Positions 19,727 through 29,919 of a stretch of 64,000 bases of DNA are shown one piece after another. Position numbers and translations under genes: made by a program. The notes under the pieces are model-generated. The model ran no database searches. It worked only from the letters and a program-made list of their open reading frames with translations, and was not told the DNA's origin. The DNA is taken from NCBI GenBank assembly GCA_019704295.1, contig AP024596.1, positions 1,120,001 through 1,184,000 of the forward strand, written 5' to 3'. The stretch's first letter is position 1. The number at the start of each line of letters is the position of its first letter. The stretch is from Sulfolobales archaeon HS-7. GTDB taxonomy: Archaea; Thermoproteota; Thermoprotei_A; Sulfolobales; Sulfolobaceae.

Positions 19727-21514
19727 TTGGAGGACATCTACTCTGAGGTAAGGGATAGAATTGAGAGAGCTAAACTTCTTGCGTCATCCCTAGGGAAAGT
19801 AGTTGGGAGAATATCGAGGACAATGCCCAGCGACGTGGATGAGGAGGATAGGGAGGTTGCTGTTACTATGTCCCCTGAGACTTACTACAGTATTCCCTAC
19901 ATGGGGAGGGAAAATCTCCTCCTTGGAGTAGTTGACATTAAATCACTTCTGTTCGTCCTCCTCCGAGTTAAGGGTTACAGTAGAAGGGATGCCGCAGCTA
20001 TACTGTACAATGCCGAGATGTCCCACGTTTTAGAGGACGGTAACGATGATGCAGGGTCACTCATGACCAATGTCATATTGAAGTGCGAAGCCCTAACCCA
20101 GATGGACGTCCTGACCAATGGTGAACCGGAGGCGTCTGACATAGTGATTGAACCACAGTCTCCCGTAATACTACCGAATCATGAGCTTATAGAGAAGTCA
20201 TTAGGAGTTAATAGGGGGGGACTTCAACTGGGATTCCTTGATTCCAATGAAGGGGTTAAGGTGTCCCTAAGTTTGGACGACTTGAACTACCATATGCTAG
20301 TTGTCGGAACAACTGGAGCAGGAAAGACAAGTTTCGTTAAGAACCTGCTCGCAGAAACCTCTTTACTAGAGGATGAGGTAAGATCCTTCGTTATAGACGC
20401 AACCGGGGACTACTATCACATTGTGATGCCACCTTCGGAAAGGAATGAGCAATTCGAAAAACTGTTCCGCAAGATTAGAGGAGTAGGTATTGACATAGTT
20501 TACCCTTTATCAAGGAGGTGGTTGGCTAGAAATAAGGACGTTACGACAATTAGCGACTTCACGGCTAGATATGCCAAGAACTACCTCGAACCGATAATGA
20601 AAAGTCTGGAGGAGAATGGGAAGAACGTCGCACTATCAATGTCTGAAAACAGGATCGTAATCACGTCTGACGATTGGGCCTCAACCGTAACCATACACCC
20701 CTTCTTCTTCACTTTTAAGGAGAGCAGGACGATACTTCCGAAACTCAATCCGTACTTTACGGAACAGGCATCTCATTTCCTTAAAATATTTCTGAAAAGG
20801 GAGAAAACTGAGGCTAAGACCCTTTCAGAATACGTTGACTTCCTTAACGATAAGGAGAAGGAATTTCAGGAGTTTTACAAGATTCATAAGAACACATGGG
20901 ATAACGTGGTTAGAGGGTTAAGTCTATTAAGGGAGACAGGACTTTTCGACCTTAAATTTGAGAGGGAGAGAATCAACGACGCTATCACTAAATCCAGCAA
21001 AATAGTCGTACTTGACCTCTATAACGGGGATATTGACGATTTCTCACAAAAGGTAGTAATGTATTACTTTCTTGATAAACTATTTACTGAAAGGGAAAAG
21101 GAATTAAGAACAGGAAGTCTAAAGTCGAGGTATCATGTAATTATAGATGAGGCTCACAGGTTCTTTCCATCAAGGGATAACGCCGATGACGAGGTTTACC
21201 TCAGGAAGGTCTCTGGGAAGATATCGCTCATGATGAGGTTGGGCAGAAGGAGGAAACTCGGCTTTACCTTCGTAACCCATGATCCCACCGATTTAAATGA
21301 GATAGTCGAACAGTTAGCAAACACTAAGGTGGTTTTCAGGATTAGGGATACAATTGCAGAGAGATTGGGGATTCCCTCTAAAGAGGCTAAGAAGTTGAGC
21401 TGGGAGAGGAACGGAAAGGCCTATGTGGTCTCCCCGTGGTTCAGGGAGAACTACGTAAAGGTGAATATACCCCTTCCACCGCCTCTCGGTCACTACGACT
21501 TGTCTAGGGTATAA
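19727..21514 (+). CDS. HerA-like ATPase/translocase (DUF87 paralogue)
   Basis: N-terminal HAS-barrel-like region, HMLVVGTTGAGKT, IDATGDY, IIDEAHRF, MRLGRR; starts immediately after the NurA stop. Confidence 0.88.
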   Translation: MEDIYSEVRDRIERAKLLASSLGKVVGRISRTMPSDVDEEDREVAVTMSPETYYSIPYMGRENLLLGVVDIKSLLFVLLRVKGYSRRDAAAILYNAEMSHVLEDGNDDAGSLMTNVILKCEALTQMDVLTNGEPEASDIVIEPQSPVILPNHELIEKSLGVNRGGLQLGFLDSNEGVKVSLSLDDLNYHMLVVGTTGAGKTSFVKNLLAETSLLEDEVRSFVIDATGDYYHIVMPPSERNEQFEKLFRKIRGVGIDIVYPLSRRWLARNKDVTTISDFTARYAKNYLEPIMKSLEENGKNVALSMSENRIVITSDDWASTVTIHPFFFTFKESRTILPKLNPYFTEQASHFLKIFLKREKTEAKTLSEYVDFLNDKEKEFQEFYKIHKNTWDNVVRGLSLLRETGLFDLKFERERINDAITKSSKIVVLDLYNGDIDDFSQKVVMYYFLDKLFTEREKELRTGSLKSRYHVIIDEAHRFFPSRDNADDEVYLRKVSGKISLMMRLGRRRKLGFTFVTHDPTDLNEIVEQLANTKVVFRIRDTIAERLGIPSKEAKKLSWERNGKAYVVSPWFRENYVKVNIPLPPPLGHYDLSRV

Positions 21515-21574
21515 AACTGAATTTAGGCAATTGAAGTGCAGAATAATGAGCCTTTTCCCTCTCCTAGATTAAAA

Positions 21575-21838
21575 GGCTAAATCCTTTTTCACCCTAATAG
21601 GGTTCTCTTTTACATCTGTTTGCGTTAAATGTCTCTAGTGATGATTGCACTCACGCCGATGGGGGTTATGCCCAAAAGGGTAAGGGTTAAAAATTGCGGA
21701 GATCTGAACTCCGTGCCGTTGAGCTCAAAGGAGTCCCATGACCCACCTACCGTTAAGCTGGTTGGTTGAGGGCTAAGTCCCTCCACTCAATCATGATCGA
21801 AAATAAGATGATTGAAAAGAAGATGTAGGGAAAAACGG
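21575..21838 (+). mobile_element. tnpB-derived mini-element family B (IS607-like), copy 1
   Basis: Left end GGCTAAATCCTTTTTCA; 3' part CCGTGCCGTT...GGAGTCCCATGACCC...GAGGGCTAAGTCCCT...ATCATG...GTAGGGAAAAACGG resembles Sulfolobales tnpB tails; collinear with 26098-26342 and 60948-61113. Confidence 0.75.
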
Positions 21839-21860
21839 ATAAAGGAGATGTTCAGAGGAA

Positions 21861-21928
21861 GGGATTAGGGCTTCGTATGATTTCATGACATTTTGTCTAA
21901 ATCCTCAGCCCTTCGACTTCACCAAAGC
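21861..21928 (-). mobile_element. Right-end fragment of mini-element family A
   Basis: Minus strand TGAAGTCGAAGGGCTGAGGATTT...CATGAAATCATACGAAGCCC matches 39541-39600. Confidence 0.7.
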
Positions 21929-21997
21929 ATTTTACGGGGTAAATAGCACTAAGCAAGAGCCGACAGACTAACGTGAGAATTTCATAACAAATTTCTC

Positions 21998-22720
21998 CTA
22001 TCTTGGAATGTCCAAGATTACGTGATATTTTCTAGGTCCAGAACTCCTAACTATTCTGTAAAAGGATGCCTTAAATTCCTGGGCTAACTCCTCTGGTTTA
22101 GAGGTCTCGGCAAACAGATGTATAATACCCCCACGTTTGGTTAACTTGGTGGAAACCTCATACGCCTCCCTGTAAAGTTCCGGCAGAGGAGATATTACCC
22201 TATCGACCTCTCCCATTTCCCCATAAACCTTAAACGTATCTCCAAGAATTGGGATAACGTTCCATGTTCTATTTAGCTCCATGTTCGCCCTTGTGTAGTA
22301 GTAAGCGTATGGATTGATGTCTACTGAGTAAACCACAGACGCCCCTTTGCTGGCGCAGTGGATGGAAAAGAAACCAGCTCCTGCGAAAAGGTTAGCTATG
22401 ACCTCCCCTTTTCTGACCTGCGAACAGACCCTGAAGTGTTCGTATTTTAGTTTAGCTGAGAAAAACACCTTGGTGAAATCTAGGTAAAATCTGACTCCGT
22501 ATTCCCTGTAAATGACCTCGCTCTTCTTTTCCCCCCATAAGTGAACGTAAGTATGAGTCCTAAAAGTTCTCTCGGTTTCCGGTAACCTCCCCCATACTGC
22601 GACGACTTTTGACCTCTTCCCGATTTCCTCTGCGTAGTTGTAAATAGTGTTGTCGTATTCGAATGGAATCCTTACAATTGCAATGTCATCTATTACGTCA
22701 ATTCTTTTCCAGAACTTCAT
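21998..22720 (-). CDS. Trm5/Met-10-like tRNA methyltransferase, probably Taw21 type
   Basis: FAGAGFF SAM motif, DINP, VFFS. Short N-terminus and PLP instead of NLP point to the Trm5a/Taw21 branch. Confidence 0.8.
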   Translation of the reverse strand: MKFWKRIDVIDDIAIVRIPFEYDNTIYNYAEEIGKRSKVVAVWGRLPETERTFRTHTYVHLWGEKKSEVIYREYGVRFYLDFTKVFFSAKLKYEHFRVCSQVRKGEVIANLFAGAGFFSIHCASKGASVVYSVDINPYAYYYTRANMELNRTWNVIPILGDTFKVYGEMGEVDRVISPLPELYREAYEVSTKLTKRGGIIHLFAETSKPEELAQEFKASFYRIVRSSGPRKYHVILDIPR

Positions 22721-23774
22721 TGAATTTCTCTACCGCTCTAGTGAAGTCCTTTTCCCCTACATTGAGTACTGTGCCTCCGTCAATAACGGGATCTCCACTA
22801 ACGAATACAGTCTCAATATGTTTATCTATAGAGTCAAGTACGCTATCAAAGGGAGAGAGAGGATCTATGGGGTAACCAGGAGGTTCATCAACGTTGAGCA
22901 GAATTAAATCTGCTAGGTAGCCTGCCGATATAACTCCCGCTTTAATACCGATAATTTCATGAGGCCATTTAGTTAACCCCAGAAATACTTTTTTAGCTTC
23001 AAGGTGAACGCGGGTAATTAAGTCTAGAGCTTCACTATTTACATTGAACTTGGAATTAACTCCTATAGATATTCCGAACTTAACGTTGGTTATCCACTCC
23101 CCTAACGGGTCGATATTGGTGTTTATGAACAGATTCCCCTTGGGATGTTGAAGGCCCTTTATTCCGTCTCCCATAAGAATGATCTTCTCCGACTCAGGGG
23201 GATCTTTGTAGGACACGAATACTCTTTCGCTCATTTCGTTTGCCTCTTCAAAATACTCAGGATCACATACCTTGATCATTACTTTTCCCTCTGTGGAACT
23301 CCACTTTTGGGAAATGAGATTATATTCCTTGAGTAAATCCCCTTCCCTTTTGTAACATCCGGCACTTACGAGAGGTATAGGTCGTATTCCTACGGTAAGT
23401 GCTGCCCTTGCCGACTGTTCTGGGAAGGGGTCGTCTATGATTATGGTTGTAATTCCCTGTTTAGCGAAGTAATACGATGCGAGAAGGGCAAAGTAATGAG
23501 CATCGGTAGGGGTTATAGTTGATAGTATGTCAGAAACGGATATTAAGTTATTGTTGAGCCTGTAGCGAAACGGAAAAAGTGAGGGTGTCCCCACAGCAGT
23601 TATTCCGGGCATTAGAATTCTGTTCTGGCCTCCCATGATTAGTTCCGCGTCATTCTCCTCACTTTTATCGGCTGCAATAGACGTTATTTTATTACCCTCT
23701 ATTAGCACATTCTGTTCACGTCTTACTCCATCAGTTGTGCCCATTAGTAAATCAGGCTTCAATACGGCTTTCAT
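22698..23774 (-). CDS. Amidohydrolase-superfamily protein (metal ligands degenerate)
   Basis: ILMPG, GITT, G.ISAGYLADL, ETVFVSG scaffold; no HxH after PG. Confidence 0.75.
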   Translation of the reverse strand: MKAVLKPDLLMGTTDGVRREQNVLIEGNKITSIAADKSEENDAELIMGGQNRILMPGITAVGTPSLFPFRYRLNNNLISVSDILSTITPTDAHYFALLASYYFAKQGITTIIIDDPFPEQSARAALTVGIRPIPLVSAGCYKREGDLLKEYNLISQKWSSTEGKVMIKVCDPEYFEEANEMSERVFVSYKDPPESEKIILMGDGIKGLQHPKGNLFINTNIDPLGEWITNVKFGISIGVNSKFNVNSEALDLITRVHLEAKKVFLGLTKWPHEIIGIKAGVISAGYLADLILLNVDEPPGYPIDPLSPFDSVLDSIDKHIETVFVSGDPVIDGGTVLNVGEKDFTRAVEKFNEVLEKN

Positions 23775-23829
23775 AACATAGAGTGAGTATGGAAGAAATT
23801 AATTTTAATGGAAGTGAGTACAGGTACGT

Positions 23830-24075
23830 ATGGAAACTTTAGATTTAAGGGAAGCTGATGCTAAGTGCGGAGCCGACTCCCCATCAGCAAGGTTAATGAA
23901 GAAGTGGGTGGAGGTAGGAGGGGGGGTTTTAAGCATTATCGCCGTAGAAGGTGTACAGAGTGATGCCGTTGATATGTGGATAGAGGCTTTTAAACCGTCA
24001 GGATTGAAGCTAATTTCAAAGGATAAAGGTGAAGGAGTCGTAAAATACGTGGTTGAACTGCCAGAGAGAATCTAA
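23830..24075 (+). CDS. Small TusA/SirA-like protein
   Basis: METLDLR...C...P N-terminus and 81-aa length resemble TusA (LDxRGLxCP). Confidence 0.55.
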   Translation: METLDLREADAKCGADSPSARLMKKWVEVGGGVLSIIAVEGVQSDAVDMWIEAFKPSGLKLISKDKGEGVVKYVVELPERI

Positions 24076-24155
24076 CTTGATAGCATCTAAGTAAGGTAGA
24101 ATTAAGGGCAGTGTATATCGAGCTCACATCGGGACGGATTAAGCGGCGAGATAAA

Positions 24156-24337
24156 GGGCTTAACTGCTCCGCCTATTACCGGGAAACATGACCTTTTCTT
24201 AACGGGGGCAAAGGGTGATGAACAGTCCCCTTTGGAGTTAATCTTTCACTAGAGGGCGCGAGAGATGCGTTCCCGAATCAATGAGGCCAATGATAAGGCC
24301 TCTGGGATCCTGCCCCTTTGGAGTGGAGAGACTTCAG
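24156..24337 (+). mobile_element. Degenerate IS605-type mini-element (tnpB tail/right end)
   Basis: GAGAGATG...CCCGAATCAATGAGG and GGGATCCTGCCCCTTTGGAGTGGAGAGACTTCAG resemble the IS605 right-end hairpin ending TCAG; left boundary uncertain. Confidence 0.5.
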
Positions 24338-24409
24338 TAAGATTCACCTACATGTTCGCTTTTACTTTCAAATAGAAGTCTTTTTAATTTAAGAGTTATA
24401 CTAAATAAT

Positions 24410-26098
24410 ATGGAAGAAGAAACAGTTAGCGTGAGTGTACCTTTAAGGGAGGTAGAAGATGATGGGATGGTCGTTGTTAACAAGAACGGAGTTAACGTTC
24501 TAATAATTTACGATAAGGGGAATGTGTACGCATGTGACATAAGATGTCCCCATATGGGATATCCCTTATCCAAGGGAACGGTGAAGGATGGGGTACTCAT
24601 TTGCCATTGGCACCACGCCAGATTCAATTTAAGAGACGGTAAAACATTTGATTTATGGGCTGACGACCTTACCACATATGATACCAAAATAATGGATGAT
24701 AAAGTAATAGTGAATTTTAACGAGAAGAGTACCAAGGATCGCTATATAAAAAGGTTGAGGAGAGGAATAGATCATAACATAGATCTTGTTACGGCAAAAT
24801 CCATTATAGACTCGTTAAATAACGGTCTCTCTCTAGATGATTTAGCTAAGGAGGTCGTTACTTACGTACTTAGGGATCACGAATGGAACACTGGACTGAA
24901 CATTTTTACGATTATCCTTAATTTACTCAATTACGATCTAGAATTTGAGTGGAGGGTCCTGGGTATTTTGCATGGGATTAAGAATATCTCTTCGCAAATA
25001 TTCGAAAAACCTAAAGTAATTTATCCAGAACCCTTGGAAAAGGCTCAGGGCCTGGAGAATTGGTTCAGGGAATTCATAGAGGGAAGGGAGGTAGATCCTG
25101 CAAGAAGGGTGATACTCAGCATGGGAAGTGAGGATGGACTTGACGCAATGATAGCCTCAGTCACTGATCACTTTTTCTTAGATGAGGGGCATGTATTGGA
25201 TCACCTAAATAAACAAACTGAATTGCTAGATAAGATAGGATGGGAAAACTCAAATCTAGTTTTCGCTTCCTTAATTACTCAATTAGCCAATGGCACGAGG
25301 CATGAGGAAGACCCGAAATGGAGGATACCAGACGATCTTGTGTCTATAATCAGTAATGAGATAGGTAAAGTACGTGACGTGAAAATAGGGAAGGGAAGGC
25401 TCAACGATAAGGAGATGGACGAACTCGTAGACTGCTTGCTACGAGACGATTCAAAGAAACCGTTTGAGTGCACAACCCAAATGATAACCTCAGGCGTTTC
25501 CCCTAAATATTTAGCCTTAGCCCTAGGTCTAGCTTCCGCTTATAGAGAAGCTAGGTTTCATACCCAAAACGATTTTTCGGACTGGGATACAATACACCAT
25601 CAATTCGTTTACTCTAATGCATTGTACAGGCTCTCTGAAAGAAAGGAGAATTTCTATCTTATTAGAGGGATTTATCACGGAATAGGAAATCTTTACTTAA
25701 CTAGGTTTCTCAACATTCCGCCGGCTCGACTTCCAAGGGAAAAGACCTCTAGAAATGAGGGAGAAATAGTAAAGTCGCTCAGTGAGGCTATAGGTTCTAA
25801 AAGAATTGAGGACGCGTCATTAGACGTTTATGATTACCTGGTAAGAGATTTTCCTGAAGACATTTTGATAAAAACCATCATCAAGTCCTTGTTTATTGAG
25901 GACGTCAGTTTTCATACCGCACAGACAGTAGATGCTGGAATATCGTTATTTAACGCTCTAAGAGAGTTCAGTAATGACTATATTCCTCTAATAGCCACAG
26001 TTAGATATTTATCATCTCACAGTCCGACCGATAGGAGGAATAAAACAACAGTAGATGTAGCTATAAAACTATCTAAAGGGGAAGCTTTACACCTATAG
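24410..26098 (+). CDS. Rieske [2Fe-2S] domain fused to a large His-rich helical domain
   Basis: CPH...CHWH Rieske motif in the first ~100 aa; later GHVLD, IHH and FH motifs. Confidence 0.85.
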   Translation: MEEETVSVSVPLREVEDDGMVVVNKNGVNVLIIYDKGNVYACDIRCPHMGYPLSKGTVKDGVLICHWHHARFNLRDGKTFDLWADDLTTYDTKIMDDKVIVNFNEKSTKDRYIKRLRRGIDHNIDLVTAKSIIDSLNNGLSLDDLAKEVVTYVLRDHEWNTGLNIFTIILNLLNYDLEFEWRVLGILHGIKNISSQIFEKPKVIYPEPLEKAQGLENWFREFIEGREVDPARRVILSMGSEDGLDAMIASVTDHFFLDEGHVLDHLNKQTELLDKIGWENSNLVFASLITQLANGTRHEEDPKWRIPDDLVSIISNEIGKVRDVKIGKGRLNDKEMDELVDCLLRDDSKKPFECTTQMITSGVSPKYLALALGLASAYREARFHTQNDFSDWDTIHHQFVYSNALYRLSERKENFYLIRGIYHGIGNLYLTRFLNIPPARLPREKTSRNEGEIVKSLSEAIGSKRIEDASLDVYDYLVRDFPEDILIKTIIKSLFIEDVSFHTAQTVDAGISLFNALREFSNDYIPLIATVRYLSSHSPTDRRNKTTVDVAIKLSKGEALHL

Positions 26099-26342
26099 GA
26101 CTTAATCCTTTCTCATGTTAATAGAAATCTTTTTTACATGTTAAAATTTTGCGATAAAGTTGATCCTCATTCCGATGTGGACTAAGGTCAGAGAGGGAGT
26201 GGGTGAAAATGGCAGAGGGGCGAACCTCTTTCCGTCGTACTTGATGAAGTTCAATGACACCCAGAGGGTAATTGAGGCTAAGTACTTACACTAAATCATG
26301 AATTAAGGTAAAGTGATTCAAATAAAGGTACATGAATGAACG
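26098..26342 (+). mobile_element. tnpB-derived mini-element family B, copy 2 (degenerate)
   Basis: GGACTTAATCCTTTCTCA...CCGATG...GAGGCTAAGTACTTACAC...ATCATG collinear with 21575-21838; its first G is the last base of the upstream stop codon. Confidence 0.65.
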
Positions 26343-27060
26343 AAATTATTATACATAGAAAGTAATTATATAGCAAAATTATCTTATGGTCTACACCATT
26401 TGTTGAGCGCCTCTAAAGGATAAAGCGTAATCCTCAACCCTATAGAGGACCGAGTCAAGGGCTATCGCATTTACCTTAAATAAGAATAAATTGACAATGG
26501 ACTTTACAACATTTGCTTACACCTTAGGGAAAGGTACGCGAATATTAAAGTCTCCTCTCTTCCTCATCTAATTATACAAAGCGTCATTTCCCACGTCGTT
26601 AGCGTTTGCCCCTTGTAATTTATGCATAGGATGGGTCTATTAGTCTCTTGAGATTCGCTGACGAGAATTTCCTAGTTTTCACAAATATTGTTCCTTCTAC
26701 TTTAATGCCCTTCCTCAACGTAATTACTGATGGCTGAAATAAAGTCTAAACGACTTTTTCCTATACCTAATTCTGAGAATAGTTCGAATTAGATTTCTCT
26801 TTAGTCAATTCCCCCGCGGACTTTAAATTAAATGAGGTGATTTTTCCCGATCTTATAAGTATAGACAAAAGGGGAGAACTTGAACTACCACGTTAACTCG
26901 CAGGAAGAAGTAATACACACTGCTCACTGTAAGTCTCGCTCGTATTCACACTATTATGTATTCTGAGAAAAAGCTATTTGGATCCACAGTTTATGGCAGG
27001 AAAGAAATCAGTTAATAACTTACAGTATAACGCTTTTATTTTTAGTTTAGGAAATACTCT

Positions 27061-27669
27061 ATGGAATTTCTGGAGAAGAAGCAGAGACTTGTCCTTATTC
27101 AAGTGGCCAAAGCCGGTCCTGGGGGGACGACTCTCTCGGAGTTACTTGAATTAACATATCCTGTACTTACTAGGGAAACTGTGAATAAAATACTAGAGGG
27201 ACTTTACTTTTCTTCCCTAATTAACGTTGTACGCGATGAAGGAGAGGTCAGGGTAATAGCATCCAAATCCGTAAGAACTTCGGTTATGTATTACGAGTAT
27301 TACGTATCTTCGGTAACCTCTCTACTGAGCAAACTTAAGGACGTAAATGATAAGAACGCCGTGCAGGACATATTAATCGAGTTTTCTTCGCTATTGAATA
27401 GGATGCTCTTCTACGGACTTACGAATTTACCAGAACTCTACCTACCTGAAATGGCCGAATTCCTTAAGGGAATTTTCACCATTACAGGGGATAAGTTATT
27501 TCCTCCAGTCAGGGAGGATAGGGAACTTTTCCTTAAACTAATTGAAAAGTATAGGGGAAAGGCAGATTCCTCAGCACTGGCCCTCATTTTGAAGTCCGCT
27601 GAAGGAAACTCACAATCAGGTAATACCACTTCTCCCAGTCAATCTTCAGGAGAACAACACCAAGGATAA
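27061..27669 (+). CDS. Hypothetical protein with winged-helix-like N-terminus
   Basis: TLSELLE...TRETVNKILEGL pattern; 202-aa ORF. Confidence 0.65.
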   Translation: MEFLEKKQRLVLIQVAKAGPGGTTLSELLELTYPVLTRETVNKILEGLYFSSLINVVRDEGEVRVIASKSVRTSVMYYEYYVSSVTSLLSKLKDVNDKNAVQDILIEFSSLLNRMLFYGLTNLPELYLPEMAEFLKGIFTITGDKLFPPVREDRELFLKLIEKYRGKADSSALALILKSAEGNSQSGNTTSPSQSSGEQHQG

Positions 27670-28179
27670 TGAAAATCACGAGTGTAAGCAGACTGATGTA
27701 AACAGGGGAAATACCCGTTATTAAGTGAATGACGCCAATCCCTAGCAGTTCAAGTGAAATTTCCACACCACTTTTAGCTAACTTAGCTATAACTACGTAG
27801 AGGTTAAGTTTGGCAAGAGGGCTCCTTGCGACTCCGGCGCTAAGATATAAGTAGTCGTCAAATGGGAAGAAAGGCAAAATAGCCAAGACTACAACTGCGA
27901 CGTAAAACGATAATTTATCAACGAATTTTTTATGAAAGTGAAGTTCTTGTTGTTACTTAATGGTTTCCTTAACAAAAGTCCTGTTCCGTACATCACGTCT
28001 TTTGCCACCCCTGCCCCTAAACCCGTTACTACTATTGCCAGAATCACGTTTACGGGGTTCACACCATCTTGAAACAGGTAAGTAGTAGCCACTAATGTGT
28101 AGCTAACTCCTCCGAATGGAGTAGCATTGCTTGCAAAACTTATAGCGAAAATTATCAGGACTGTGTAGAGGTCAAACAT
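27584..28179 (-). pseudogene. DedA/VTT-like membrane protein split by a -1 frameshift
   Basis: Adding one A to the A6 run (T6 at 27926-27931) gives continuous FIKKFVDKLSFYVAVVVLAILPFFPFDDYLY, joining both ORFs. Confidence 0.75.
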
Positions 28180-28228
28180 TATTACCTATTGTATCGTCTT
28201 AAAAACTCCTAATAATAACTTATTCATT

Positions 28229-28447
28229 ATGAAGTTCAAGATAGGTGTAAATTCTACCACAAATGAGAAAATTTTAGCAGTTAACGTAGACGGGAGTCCT
28301 ATATATTCGTTCGAGCCTAACGTCATCCCGCAGGGGAAGGGGGATCTCATATTAGAGGTATCCGGTGTATTACTTGATAAGGGTAGGCATATTTTAGAAT
28401 TAGTGACGGAGAAGGGAAACTACTATAAGTACGAGTTCTTTCTCTAG
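28229..28447 (+). CDS. Small hypothetical beta-rich protein
   Basis: 72-aa ORF with an upstream TTAAA box, divergent from the membrane gene. Confidence 0.65.
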   Translation: MKFKIGVNSTTNEKILAVNVDGSPIYSFEPNVIPQGKGDLILEVSGVLLDKGRHILELVTEKGNYYKYEFFL

Positions 28448-28528
28448 ACGAGTAATCTAACTAATCAGGTTCGCGAAAAAGGATTTTTCTGTGAGGAGAG
28501 AAAATAAAGGCTCTTCTCTAAAACTAAT

Positions 28529-29524
28529 TTGATAGAGTTGAGTTGGGAAGGTCCCTATTTTGAGGACTTTAACGTAGGGGAAAGGGTAATACACAATCCG
28601 TCAATTACAATTAGTGCGGAATTAAATAGAATTTTCTCGCTCCTAACAATGGACTTTACTCCCCTTTATTTAGATGAACGCTTTAGGAAAGAAGTCGATT
28701 TTCACGGCATCAATCCACGCTATCTTGACGCTTTGACGATAGGAATTTCAGTAAGGGACACTAGCGTTAACTCTCTTGCCTTCTTAGGTATAGATTACTC
28801 CAAGTATTATGAACTTCCCTCTGAGGGAAATACGATAACGGTAGAAACGGAAGTTGTGGAAAAAAGGGAGTCTAGAACCAGAGGCAACGCAGGTGTAATA
28901 ACATGGGTTCACCGGACTTATGATGAGAGGAATAACCTCCTATCCGAAATGAGGAGGAGTAACCTCGTTTACAAAAGAAATTTCTCGCCCTGGAGGAAGT
29001 TTCTAGCTGGGTCTGAGGAGAGTGTCAGCGTAAGATATGAGGAAAATATCCAAGAGCTTAAATATGAGGGAATTCCTGTGAAGGCAGGTTATCTAGAGGA
29101 TTTTTCACCTGGCCAAGTTTTTATACACAGACTGGGAAGAACTGTTACTTATTTCGATAATTTGATGATAACCATGTTATCAGCCAATACCTCTCCTCTT
29201 CACTTCGACCTAGAGTATATGAGAGCGACTAGCTTTGGAGATTTGCTGTTTCTAGGTCCCATGACCTTAGCCTTTACGTGCGGGATAGCCTCGCCGGATT
29301 TATCGATGAAGGCTATAGGTGAATTAGGCATTTCCTCAGTGAAGTTCACAGCACCAGTCTTTAATGGCGACACAATACATGCCGTAAGTAAGGTCTTGGA
29401 AGTTATGGCATTGAACGATAAAACAGGAAAGCTTAAGGTAAGAACTGCGGGCTTTAAGAACAGGTTCAAAGTGAAAGTAGTTGAGTACGATAGGGAGATT
29501 CTGGTGCTACGAAGGAAAACTTAA
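28529..29524 (+). CDS. Double MaoC (hot-dog) dehydratase
   Basis: Two repeats, YFEDFNVG and YLEDFSPG, with PLHFD and FTAPVFNGDT. Confidence 0.88.
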   Translation: MIELSWEGPYFEDFNVGERVIHNPSITISAELNRIFSLLTMDFTPLYLDERFRKEVDFHGINPRYLDALTIGISVRDTSVNSLAFLGIDYSKYYELPSEGNTITVETEVVEKRESRTRGNAGVITWVHRTYDERNNLLSEMRRSNLVYKRNFSPWRKFLAGSEESVSVRYEENIQELKYEGIPVKAGYLEDFSPGQVFIHRLGRTVTYFDNLMITMLSANTSPLHFDLEYMRATSFGDLLFLGPMTLAFTCGIASPDLSMKAIGELGISSVKFTAPVFNGDTIHAVSKVLEVMALNDKTGKLKVRTAGFKNRFKVKVVEYDREILVLRRKT

Positions 29525-29540
29525 TGCGTTTCCTAAAAAC

Positions 29541-29765
29541 GGGTCTTAATCCTAAGTAAGTAGTAGTTTTATCTTAATGAAGTGAGGGGAGTCAGGTGGG
29601 AGTCAAAACTTGCATTTAAGTGCGAACATAGTACGCTTTCCTCTTAGTCTCATTTCCTCTACTTGGGACTTATCTCTTCCTCAAGGGCTTTCCTCTCCCC
29701 TCGGCCAATTCGCTTAATAATGCTTCTGCGAAAGGTGGTACGGGCTGGGGATAATACCACATATA
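29541..29765. mobile_element. Two tnpB-element remnants (left end on +, 3' tail on -)
   Basis: GGGTCTTAATCC left end like family B followed by KLAFK-like codons. Minus strand 29633-29765 reads ATGTGG...CCCGTA...AAGCCCTTGAGG...ATGAGACTAAGAGGAAAGCG, resembling a tnpB tail recalled from Sulfolobales elements. Confidence 0.45.
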
Positions 29766-29919
29766 GCGAGGGCCCTAGTTCCAGGTTGTTCCGTGTCATC
29801 ATCTCCTATTGTCCCTGTTTAGTATTACTATCTTACAATCAATTAGTTAATTTCGAGGTAATAAAATAAAGCGCATTCACATTGAATGCGTGAACGGTCC
29901 TAGCAGAATACGAAATAAA

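Noticed and set aside
21638-21707. GTGATGA...CCGA...CTGA as a second C/D sRNA
   Set aside because: No C' box at the proper spacing, and the segment lies inside mini-element family B, whose other copies lack the boxes.
26400-26890. Possible degraded transposase behind a GGTAGTTCAAG end (minus strand, ~26889)
   Set aside because: No DDE or InsB motifs recoverable by eye; a single short TIR-like match is insufficient.
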